Position numbers and translations under genes: made by a program. Shown one piece after another: positions 37,985 through 49,194 of a stretch of DNA of 64,000 nucleotides (positions are counted from its first letter, which is position 1; every line of letters starts with the position of its first letter). The DNA comes from Octopus sinensis (lineage: Eukaryota): NCBI RefSeq assembly GCF_006345805.1, contig NC_042997.1, forward strand, positions 21,018,001 through 21,082,000, given 5' to 3'. Below the pieces are notes generated by a model, which worked only from the letters and a program-made list of their open reading frames with translations, was not told the DNA's origin and did no database searches.

Positions 37985-40644
37985 TTTCCAAAATTTTCAA
38001 CGAAAATTTTTTGAAAATTTTCACCAAAAATTTTCCCCAAAAATTTTTCTAAAATTTTCACCGAAAATTTTCCCCAACAATTTTTCGAAAATTGTCACCG
38101 AAAATTTTACTCAAATTTTTCGAAAATTTCTCCAAAAAGTTTTCGAAAATTCTCGTCGAAGATTTTTCGAAAATTTTCACTTTGTGATTTTGGCACCGCT
38201 GGCTTTCCATACTTTGTGATTTTGGCACCGCTGGCCTTCCATACTTTGTGATTTTGGCACCGCTGGCCTTCCATAATTTTTTTAAAATTTTACCGAAAAG
38301 TTTCTCCAGAAATTTTTCGAAAATTTTCACCGAAAACTTTCCCCAAAAATTTTCCCCAAAAGTTTTTCCAAAAAAATACTTTGTGATTTTTCGAAAATTT
38401 TTGCCATACTTTGTGATTTTGGCACCGCTGGCTTTCCATAATTTGTGATTTTGGCACCGCTGGCTTTCCATACTTTGTGATTTTGGAACCGCTGGCCTTC
38501 CATACTTTGTAATTTTGGCACCCGTGGCCTTCCATAATTTGTGATGTTGGCACCGCTGGCCTTCCATACTTTTTCCAAAACTTTCACCGAAAATTTTCCT
38601 CAAAAATTTTTCAAAAATTTTAACGAAAATTTTCTAGAAATATTTTTCGAATATTTTCACCGAAAATTTTCTCGAAGTATTTTTCGAATATTTTCATCGA
38701 AAAGTTTCACCAAAAATTTTTCGAAAATTTTCACCAAAAATTTTCCCCAAAAATTTTTCTAGACTTTTCACCGAAAATTTTCCACGAAAATTTTCCCCAA
38801 AACTTTTTCGAAAATTTTCACCGAAAACTTTCCCCAAAAATTTTTCCATAGTTTTCACCGAAAATTTTACCCAAAAATTTTTCGAAAGTTTTCACCGAAA
38901 ATTTTCTCGAAGTATTTTTCGAATATTTTCATCGAAAAGTTTCACCAAAAATTTTTCGAAAATTTCTCCAAAAATTTTTCGAAAATTTCTCCAAAAATTT
39001 TTCGAAAATTTTCACCGAAAATTTTCCACGAAAATTTTCCCCAAAACTTTTTCGAAAATTTTCACCGAAAACTTTCCCCAAAAATTTTTCCATAGTTTTC
39101 ACCGAAAATTTTACCCAAAAATTTTTCGAAAGTTTTCACCGAAAATTTTCTCCAAAAATTTTTTGAAAATTATCACCGAAAACTTTCCCCAAAAATTTTT
39201 CCATAATTTTCACCGAAAATTTTACCCAGAAATATTTGGAAAATTTTCAGCGAAAATTTTCGAAAAATCACAATTTTTTGGGAAAAATTGTTGGGTAAAA
39301 CTTTGGAAAAATTTGGCGGGAGAGCTTTCGGTGAAAATTTTTGAAAAATTTCTGGAGAAAATTTTCCGTGAAAATTTTTGAAAAATTTTTTAATAAAATT
39401 TTCAGTGAAAATTTTATAAAAATTTTTGGGAAAACTTTCGAAAAATTTTTTGGGAAAATTTTCAGTGGAAAAAGTATGGAAGGCCAGTGGTGCCAAAATC
39501 ATGAAGTATGGAGAGCCAGCGATACCAAAATAACAGAGTGAAAATTTTCGAAAAATTTTCAGGTAAAATTTTCGGTAAATTTTTCGAAAAATTTTTGGAT
39601 AAAATTTTCGAAAAATTTTTGGGAAAATTTTTGGGAATATTTTTGGTGAAAATTTTCAAAAAATTTTCGTGGAAAATTTTCCGTGAAAATTTTTGAAAAA
39701 TTTTTGGGAAAATTTTCGGTGAAAAAACTGGAAAAATTTTTCGAGAAAATTTTCGGTGAAAATCTTCCAAAAACTATTGGGTAAAATTTTCGTTGAAAAT
39801 TTTGTAAAAATTTTTGGGCAAAATTTTCGGTGAAAATTTTGTAAAAAGTATGGAAGGCCAGCGTTGCCAAAATCACAAAGTATGGCAAAAATTTTCTAAA
39901 AATCACAAAGTATTTTTTGGGAAAAATCTTTTGAGAAAATTTTCGCTGAAAATTTTCGAAAAATTTTTGGGGAAAGTTTTCGCTGAAAAGTTTGGAAAAA
40001 TTTATGGAGAAAATTTTCGAAAATTTTCACCGAAAATTTCCCCAAAAATTTTTCGAAAATTGTCACCGAAAAGTTTACTCAATTTTTCGAAAATTTCTCC
40101 AAAAATTTTCAGCGAAAATTTTCTCGAAATATTTTTGGAATATTTTCACTGAAAATTTTCACCAAAAATTTTCCCCAAAAATTTTTCCAAAATTTTCACC
40201 GAAAATTTTCCACGAAAATTTTCCCCAAAAATTTTTCCAAACTTTTCACAGAAAATTTCCAACGAAAATTTTCACAAAAATTTTTCGAAAATTTTCACAA
40301 ATATTTTTCAAAAATTTTAATGAAAATTTTCACGAAATATTTTTGGAATATTTTCACCGAAAATTTTCTCGAAGTATTTTTCGAATATTTTCACCGAAAA
40401 GTACCCCCAAAATTTTTAGAAAATTTTCATCAAAAATTTCCCCAAAAATTTTTCCAAAATTTTCACCGAAAATTTTCCACGAAAATTTTTTGAAAATTTT
40501 CACCGAAAATTTTCCCCAAAACTTTTTGGAAAATTTTCACCGAAAATTTTCTGCAAAAATTTTTCGAAAATTTTCACCGAAAACTTTCCCCAAAAATTTT
40601 TCGAAACTTTTCACCGAAAACTTTCCCCAAAAATTTTTCCATAA
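37985..40644. repeat. A-tract satellite built from GAAAATTTTC-like 11-13-bp subunits (~37-bp unit GAAAATTTTCACCGAAAATTTTCCCCAAAAATTTTTC)
   Basis: Directly visible over 2.65 kb. Linker polarity (CACC/CCCC vs GGTG/GGGG) shows an inverted segment at ~39262-40018. Confidence 0.95.
38181..38570 (+). repeat. 32-bp tandem units TTTGTGATTTTGGCACCGCTGG(C/T)TTCCATAC (3 copies at 38181-38275; 5 copies at 38410-38570)
   Basis: Unit starts at 38181, 38213, 38245 and 38410, 38442, 38474, 38506, 38538. Inverted copies lie near 39473-39535 and 39845-39885. Confidence 0.95.
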
Positions 40645-41104
40645 TTTGATGTAGAGTACACTTAATTATGACACTAAAGGATTTTGACAAGCATATTTGA
40701 TTGTAAAATGTTTTTTTTTTTATTATTATTGTACAAATGAAGAACCATGAGATATTTATTCTGCACTGATTCTTAGACACACCTCTGTCAGTTGCACTAT
40801 CAAAAATGCGCTGAACCAGTGATCTTCTCATTGTAAATCTGTAACCACTGAATGTAGTGTTCACCAATTGAATGCAAAATATATAAATATAGCAATAATA
40901 AATCTCTGAACGAGATGTAAACAGTAACTGCTTGACAACGTGAAGTATACTAGCCATCTCAATATGGCTAACCACTCAGGGTGGTTGTTACTGTAGCTTT
41001 TAGCCCCAGGAGATCATCGTCTCCAGCTGGCTTTAGGCATACTTTCTGTGCCCTTATGGTATTTGCAAAGGGAGGTCATCCCTCTCTCGCAAACCTAAGT
41101 GATA

Positions 41105-41149
41105 CGCACGGACTGCAGTTTCGAGGTATTTGCCTCTTGTCAACGTACG
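41105..41149 (-). ncRNA. Minimal hammerhead ribozyme, U3:A8 core, mirror copy
   Basis: Exact reverse complement of 41318-41362. Confidence 0.78.
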
Positions 41150-41317
41150 GTAATCACCAGTTTACGATGAAAGGAAGACCTGTTTGCAAATACTTATGGG
41201 TTTTTCTAGTAACTTCCGCCACTGATTTTGAAAACTGTCTGCAAGTAACGGAAGTTACAAGAAAAACCCATAAGTATTTGCAAACAGGTCTTCCTTTCAT
41301 CGTAAATCGGTGATTAC

Positions 41318-41362
41318 CGTACGTTGACAAGAGGCAAATACCTCGAAACTGCAGTCCGTGCG
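41318..41362 (+). ncRNA. Minimal type I hammerhead ribozyme, U3:A8 core
   Basis: CGTACG | TTGACAA (41324-30) | GAGG-CAAATA-CCTC | GAA | ACTGCAGT (self-complementary) | C | CGTGCG; cleavage triplet GTC (41354-56). Confidence 0.8.
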
Positions 41363-42003
41363 TATCACTTAGGTTTGCGAGAGAGGGATGACCTCCCTTT
41401 GCAAATACCATAAGAACACAGAAAGTGTGCATAAAGCCAGCTGGAGACGATGATCTTCTGGAGCTAAAAGCTACAGTAACACCCACCCTTAGTGGTTAGC
41501 CATATTGAGATGGCTAGTATACTTTATGTTATATAAATATAATTTCAATGTAACTAGGATCAGATACAACAGATAACATTGCTGAAATAATCCTGAAACT
41601 TTCGTTCTACTATTGGATAACATAAACATTGCTCAACTATACTACTACTTCGAAAATATCATGTAAATTCATTATAAAGTCGTTCAGTACCACAGCTTAC
41701 CCATTTTGCTGATTAAAATTTATTGTTGTTGTTGCTGTTGTCGTCATCGTCGTTGTTGTTGTTGTTGTTGTTGTTATTCATTGTATTTGTTGTTGTAGAT
41801 GTTATGATGTAGTAGTTGTTGTTGTTGTTACAAGGAAGAAAGTGTTCATAGGGGTTGCTGCAAAGAAAATGATTTAATCAATGTTCAATTAATGTTAGAA
41901 ACTTCTAGTGTAAATTACTTTTAATTCCAATGTATTTAATATTGTGCAAGTAATTCAATTAGCATATTTCACAACAACCTCTACTTTTCTCCTTTCCCAT
42001 GTC

Positions 42004-42044
<41 letters not shown>

Positions 42045-43469
42045 TTCTTTCTCTCTTTCTTTCAATGTACACACACACACACACGTATATATATGTCTGT
42101 ATGTGCATATGCACCTGTGATGAATATGTGTGTATTGTATGCATATGTATATCTGTCTGTATGTATATATGCTTGCATGCATATGTCTTTCTGTGCGACA
42201 CACAGAATGACATGCATATATATATATATATATTATATATATATATATATATACATATTCATGTTTGTATGTGTGTATGTGTATGAGTGAGAGAATTCTT
42301 AATCACTGATTTGCTTGTCTCCCTTTTACACCTCTTACATCTTGCTAATCCTCTTTCTTTCAACTTAATTAATTGCTCCTTCTCTTTCTCCTTCTCTCAG
42401 CCTGTTGTAACTCCTTACATTATCCCCCCCTTTCCGTTCTCTCTATTTTCTATATCCCTTTCCTCATATCAATCACATTCTCTACTTTCTTATCCACACA
42501 CGCCGAGACTTCTCCACCCCACTACATACACTTTTAATTCTTTTTCTCTGAATAAACAGCGATACATTGCAGTGTCTATGATGTAATCTTCAAATCTTGG
42601 GTAAATTATATTAGTTTAGAGCCAGAATAAATAGAACTATTAGTAGCCATTATCTTTACTAGAAATTGAATTCAATTCATCTGGTATAAATATTTTAAAT
42701 ATATATGAAACACAGTGTATTGGAATTCTATGAATGTTTATAACTGTGAATATATTCCCATTATGGAATTGCAAATATGCACCGTCTATTATTATTCGGA
42801 TATTGGCTTTCATTTAATATTCTGACGTGTTATATTTAATGGAAAGAAAGTTATATTGTAGTACATTACATCAGACTTGTTGAGGTGTAATCTTTGATTA
42901 ATATTATTTAGCCAACCTGTTGAAAACTATTACCTGCTTTACATGGAAGTATTGTCTTAAAGATATTTTATTGTAGTTGCTGTTTCTATGCCCAGGTCAA
43001 CCCTGGTTGATCAAAGACATGCAGATGTAACCATGTTATTGTACATAACCAAGACTACCTTAGCCAATATATTGTTTTTCTACGACATTAAAGATGGAAT
43101 TAAGGCAGGGAGATTTGAATGCTATTTTTGCTTTTCAAATGGTCACACAGACAACACTTTCATTGGTTAAATATAATTTTCTTTGGTACAATATTGCTGA
43201 ATATCCACCATTGTATATTACTCATATTAATAATTTATTATTCTTTCTGTTGGATCTATACAAAGAAATTAATTGATAAAATTTATGCACTTATTGCAGT
43301 GGTCCTTCAGTTTTTCTAAGCCTGTAAAAGAACTTGGAAGTTTGGGCCTTTGCCCAGGCTTTTCCTGCATGTGCAATCATTTATATCTCTATAGAGTAAG
43401 TAGCAAATTACAGCTCTGAATTAATTGTGGTTTCTTATTTACAGGTGTTTGAACCGAGTCAAGTGTGAA

Positions 43470-44591
43470 ATGGAGCCTGTTGAGTGTCGAGCAGTGATCC
43501 GGTTTTTGTATTTGAAAGGACGCACACCACGGGAGACTTTTGATGAAATGAAAGTAACTTATGATGAGGATGCCCCATCATATGACCTTGTAAAACGCTG
43601 GCATCATGAATTCAAACATGGTCGGAACTCTGTGGAAACAGCTCCCAGATCTGGTCGCCCTCTTCTGCCATTGATGAGGCATCTGTCCATCAAGTTGAGG
43701 CTGCCATTTTAGAAGATCGACGCATAATTATTCGCCAAATAGCCCATGAGATCAAGATTAGTACCGGGTCTGTGGAAACTATCATTCATGACCATTTGCA
43801 TATGCAAAAGGTGTCTGCCAAATGGATTCCCAGGTTGCTCACACCTTTCCAGAAGCAAGAACACGTCGAGTGCTCGAGGGTGAATTTGGAGATGTGCCAA
43901 GAAGATGAGTCAAAATTTTTCAAAAGACTGATTACACAGGATGAAACCTGGGTCCATCACGATGATCCAGAGACCAAAGTCCAGTCAATGCAGTGGAAGC
44001 ACCGTGACTCACCCCGTCCAAAGAAGGCAAGGGTGCAGCCCTCTGCTGGCAAGGTCATGCTCAGTCTTCTGGGACCAGGACGGAGTAGTGATGACAGATT
44101 TCCTGGCAAAGGGTACCACAATTGCAGGAGCCTATTATGCTTCACTTTTGAGGAAATTAAGAGAAGTTATCAAAATCAAGAGGCGGGGCAAGATCAGCAA
44201 AGACATCCTCCTCCTGCAGGACAACGCTCCGGTCCACAACTCGCTTGTCGCCAGATCAGAAGCACAGGCGTATGGCTATGAACTCCTCCCCCATCCCCCT
44301 ACTTTCATGACCTTGAACCCTCTGATTTTCACCTCTTCCCAGTCATGAAGTTGTTTTTGAAAGGAAAGCGTTTCCCAGATGATGCAGCCTTGATTTCTGA
44401 AGTTACGTTCAGGTTGGAGGACCAAGCTGGGGTCTTCTACAAAAACGGTCTCCAGAGCTGCATCAAACAATGGGAGAAATGAGTAACTCTGAGTGGTTCC
44501 TATGTAGAAAAAGACTAATAACTGTGCCAAGTTTCGTTGCTCTACTGCTATGGGAAGTGGGTCAGGGGCATTACTTATTGAACGCCCCTCG
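43470..44591 (+). mobile_element. mariner (DD34D) transposon, near-complete transposase pseudogene (43470-44518, 3 frameshifts) with 3' TIR
   Basis: MEPVECRAVIRFLYLKG..PRSGRP / KVSAKWIPRLLT / ITQDETWVH / QDNAPVH..HPP(Y)S.DL.PSDF (34-residue spacing after restoring the frame) / YVEKD*. The 3' end reads TTACTTATTGAACGCCCCTCG|TA. Confidence 0.92.
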
Positions 44592-44605
44592 TATATATAC
44601 ACACA

Positions 44606-44822
44606 CAAGGGGGTACTAGAAAGTTCCTGGCTTTGTGGAAAAGAAAATTCAGAAGGATTAGTTAATTATGATTTTATTCAACATATACCGATCTCAGATT
44701 CAGACACATATTGCAGTGCTCCTTCAGTTTTTCTAAGCCCTCTAAAAGAACTCAGAAGGCTGGGCCTCCAACCAAACTTTTCACGATGCCCTTAAAGCCA
44801 GGAACTTTTCAGAAACCCCTCA
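44606..44822 (-). mobile_element. mariner-derived MITE
   Basis: TIRs CAAGGGGGTACTAGAAAGTTCCTGGCTTT / AAAGCCAGGAACTTTTCAGAAACCCCTCA|TA. The interior is a decayed transposase C-terminus on the minus strand; a related fragment lies at ~43290-43370. Confidence 0.8.
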
Positions 44823-45213
44823 TAGCTAAGTAAACTTGTAACATAAAGGGATCCAGCATGGTTCGCTGTTTCTCAATAGTGTACTCAATCAAGACTCAAA
44901 CACAAATACAAACATTTAAACACACTCACACACACAATAACATACACAGAAGTAAATATGCAACTAACTTATAAGATAATGGTATCTAAGATAACAGAAA
45001 GCCAAGCTAATCGTACCTTTGAAAATTCTTGTATAATAATAAAAAAACTGCTGGCAAGCACTATTTTATATTCTAATAACTTCCACCTTACTTTGCATTT
45101 CATTGCAAACAAAGTAGTATTCATTGTACTGTATATCTACTTCTTAACGTATTTGTATAACAATGCAATTGAAAGAAACTTCCTTGACAATACCCTCGGT
45201 TGCTGTTATTGGG

Positions 45214-45255
<42 letters not shown>

Positions 45256-45264
45256 ATTTTTTGT

Positions 45265-45482
45265 TAATTTCCTTCAGTCATTTGATTGCGGCCTTGCTGG
45301 AGCACAAACCTAAGGTGTTTTAGTCGAATAAATTCACCCTAGGACTTATTCTTTGTATGCTTAGTACTTATTCTATCAGTCTCTTTTGCCAAACTGCTAG
45401 GTTATGAGGACATAAGCACACCAACATTGGTTGTCAAGCAATGGTGACGGACAAACACAGGCACAGAAATATACACATACAT

Positions 45483-45522
<40 letters not shown>

Positions 45523-45685
45523 GACGGGTTTCATTCAGTTTCCATCTACCAAATCCACTCACAAGGATTTAGTCAGCCTAAGGCTATAGTAGAAGACACC
45601 TGCCCAAGATACCATGCAGTGGAACTGAACCTGGAACTATGTGGTTGGGAAGCAAGTTTCTAATTACATAGCCTTGCCTGTGCCT
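45265..45685 (-). mobile_element. SINE family A with internal (TA)n
   Basis: Both halves present. Confidence 0.85.
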
Positions 45686-45689
45686 ATTT

Positions 45690-45743
<54 letters not shown>

Positions 45744-45780
45744 TATATATATACAATATACATGTATATCTATATATATA

Positions 45781-46250
45781 TCATCATCATCATCATTTAG
45801 CGTCCGCTTTCCATGCTAGCATGGGTTGGACGGTTTAACTGGGGTCTGTGAAGCCAGAAGGCTGCATCAGGCCCAGTCTGATCTGGCAGTGTTTCTACGG
45901 CTGGATGCCCTTCCTAATGCCAACCACTCCGTGAGTGTAGTGGGTGCTTTTTACGTGCCACCCGCACAGGTGCCAGACGGAGCTGGAAAACAGCCACGGA
46001 CGGATTGTGCTTTTTACGTGCCACCGGCATGGGGGCCAAGCAAGGCTAGCAACGGCCACAATCGGATGGTGCTTTTTACGTGCCACCGGCACGGGGACCA
46101 GTCGGGGCAGCGCTGGCAACGGCCACGATCGGACGGTTCGCTTACTTGTCACCAGCACTGGTATCACAGCTGCAATTTCCATTGATGCTGATCGACTTCG
46201 ATTTGGGTTCTGCTTTCTGATATCTGATTTGATTTGGTTTGGTATATATA
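45781..46250 (-). mobile_element. Family C retroelement, flanked by (TA)n
   Basis: (CAT)n tail, tandem GGTGCTTTTTACGTGCCACC units, 5' end of (GATTT)n-like pentamers. Confidence 0.9.
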
Positions 46251-46264
46251 TATATATATATTAT

Positions 46265-46295
<31 letters not shown>

Positions 46296-47944
46296 CATGT
46301 ATATATATATCTATATATGTATTTATATATATATATATATAAATACACACACACACACACACATACACATACATAACTATGTATATCTTCACCTTCATTA
46401 TTTTTGGGTGTGCTTTCCCCTGCTAGAATAGGTTGGAAATGAATCTTTTGAGGCAGAACTTTATAGTCAGATGCCTTTCCTGAATTTAACTTTTTATTTG
46501 TCTCCTTACACCATGCAGAAATATGGTCGACTGATCCTAAAATCAAGAATATGCATTATATTTAGTATATGATATTCTTTCACAGGATTTCCACTTATTC
46601 GTCACAAAGTGTTGGTTAACTCATGTCTATACTAACATATATTAGACAAAGGTGCGGTACAGTGAGGTCAAATATGAAATTATGAGGTAGCAAAAGTAAA
46701 TTCTATGACTACATGGTTATACCAGTACTTATTTGAAATATTTGCCTTTGAACTTTAATTGTTAAATTTGTGTCATCAGATGATTTATTTTTATGTGAAA
46801 TAACACTGGTACCTGGTGCAGCTCTCCAGCTTGCCAACACTGATCAAACCATCCTATCCATGTCAGCATAGAAGACATACATTAAATGATGATGATGATG
46901 ATGACATAAGAAGTTAAGTTTAGAAGATACATATAGTTTTATCTGCACCAAAGTTGATGAGACCCAACTCAGATAAAATCACATTCTTTCAGTTGTCAAA
47001 CACACATGTTCTTGTGTTATTGGCTCCAAATTGTTTAATAACAAGGCAAAAATGTCATTCTTGATATATACATACAATTAATTAATGTATACATTGTTGT
47101 ATATACACATGCATAATATATATAGCAAGTCATGATATACATGGAAAGTCACTCTGTGTGCTAATGATAATATATAATCTTTCACAACCTGTTACAGATT
47201 TGGGTCATTGGCAATAAAACTGACACCTTAACAAGAATAATCTGATGAGGAAGGCTGCCAGAAAGCCATCAGGGGAAAAAGCAAGATATGTCAAAGGACA
47301 AATGAACCTAAAATATAGCTAACAATTATCTGGTAATAGGGTAAATCGTAATAGGCAGGTATTATTTAGGAAAATTTCCAAAAGATTGCTTCATAAAAAG
47401 TCATGTATTCTGCCTTAATCTAGCAAAAAAAAGGGTAGACTTGTTAAAAAAATCTCAACTATGACAGCAGCTGGTTTGATGTTAAATCAAGATCACATAT
47501 ATCAGTACAGCACTAATTTTCTTGCAGTCTGTCACCTCCTTTAATCCAGGTAAATTACAAGGGGGAACTTCACATTCCTATGGCTACCAGTCTACTTCAC
47601 TGCATGGCTACAGAAAGTACTGTATAAACCATGCATTTAACATGCATTATTTACACTAAATTTGTTAGTAGTGATACCAAAATTTTGAGATATCTCCTGC
47701 TTGTTCAGCTTAAGGTTATTATTAGCTGTAGCCACTACAGGCTAGAGAACTAAGAGCATCAATTAAATGTAAGGACTACTCCAAATCAAACCAAGATAAA
47801 GTAGCTGCATTGGTTAAGAGGTTGGAGGTGTGTCGATGAAATATAATTACATGACCAAAAATGGTTCTGCAAAACTGTTAATCAGTCAAGGTTTTGGAAC
47901 CTGGGATGTTGGAAAATCAGTAGTGTAGCTGTATTACATTGTAT

Positions 47945-48405
47945 ACTCTTTTACTTGTTTTACTCTTTTACTTGTTTCAGTCATTTGACTGTGGCCATGC
48001 TGGAGCACTGCCTTTAGTCGAGCAAATCGACCCCAGGACTTATTCTTTGTAAGCCTAATGCTTATTCTATCGGTCTCTTTTACCGAAATGCTAAGTTACG
48101 GCGATGTAAACACACCAGCATCGGTTGTCAAGCAATGTTGGGGGGACAAACACAGACACACAAACATATACACACGCATACATATATATATACATACATA
48201 TATACGATGGGCTTCTTTCAGTTTCCGTCTACCAAATCCACTCACAAGGCTTTGGCTGACCCAAGGCTATAGTAGAAGACACTTGCCCAAGGTGCCACAC
48301 AGTGGGACTGAACCCCGGGACCAATGTGGTTGGTAAACAAGCTATTTACCACACAGCCACTCCTACGCCTATAGCTACTTACCACGCAGCCATTCCTACG
48401 CCTAT
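47945..48405 (-). mobile_element. SINE family A, full length, with duplicated 5' end
   Basis: TACCAC.CAGCCA.TCCTACGCCTAT occurs twice at 48345-48405. Confidence 0.88.
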
Positions 48406-49194
48406 GTTTAAGATTATATCTGTGATTTGCTTTGGTGTACATTTGGTATTAATAGCCAAATGGAAAATGTGATGGTAAAAGCAATCACACTCTATCTGTA
48501 GTAAGGGTCCTATCTCTCTGGTTGTCTGCTGTTACATCATAACCTTTGTTATCAAGCGCAAGAGAGAGTCCATCAATATGTTGATATAGCATATAATTTT
48601 ACAGAATATATGAGTGTTGTATTAATAACAACTATTAATTAGAATGATACATATTTTAATTAAGAGTTGAAATATTTAATGGAAAGAAATTTTTGCTACT
48701 GAACAATATATTAGTCTTGCTGAATTAGCATAGAATTAATGGTATTCCAATAAAATTACCATATCTAAAAAAAACTGTCTTAAACTTATACTTTGTGCAA
48801 TTCTTAATTACTTTCCTCCATGCAATACATTTCTTTATTTCATGCTTAATTTTTTTATTTTTTTCAAAATGGAATATTCTGGAAAACAGATTAGTGTAAG
48901 AACATATTTCTTTCTATTATTGTTCGACTCATTTTCAGCAAGTATGTTTGTGTGTGTGTGTGTTTGTGTGTGTGTGTGCGCATGTGCATGTGTGTGCGCA
49001 AGTGCGCATGTGTGTTTGGGTGTGTGTGTGCATCCACACATATGCACTGATGATTATGTATGTGTCTGTATGATTGCATGTGTGTGTTTGTGTGTATAAA
49101 CATTTTATACTAAATTATTGCAGACAGACAAAATGTTCATTTTCTTATGTATCTATCTATCCACCTATCCATTTATTTATCAATATATATATAT

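Larger units (their letters stand above)
40937..41530. mobile_element. 594-bp palindromic PLE-type element carrying two U3:A8 hammerheads
   Basis: 282-bp arms (about 13 differences by eye) and a 30-nt loop at 41219-41248; the ribozyme region is identical in both arms. Confidence 0.75.

Noticed and set aside
38181-38570. 32-bp repeats as a CRISPR array
   Set aside because: Units are head-to-tail with no unique spacers, the context is eukaryotic and there are no cas genes.
38058-40654. Long F/K/I/E/N-rich ORFs (up to 220 aa)
   Set aside because: They arise on both strands and in several frames because the satellite lacks TpA and hence most stop codons; there is no protein-like complexity.
47236-47275. 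CTGATGAGG...CCAGAAAGCC hammerhead-like string
   Set aside because: No stem I or stem III pairing and no valid NUH site.
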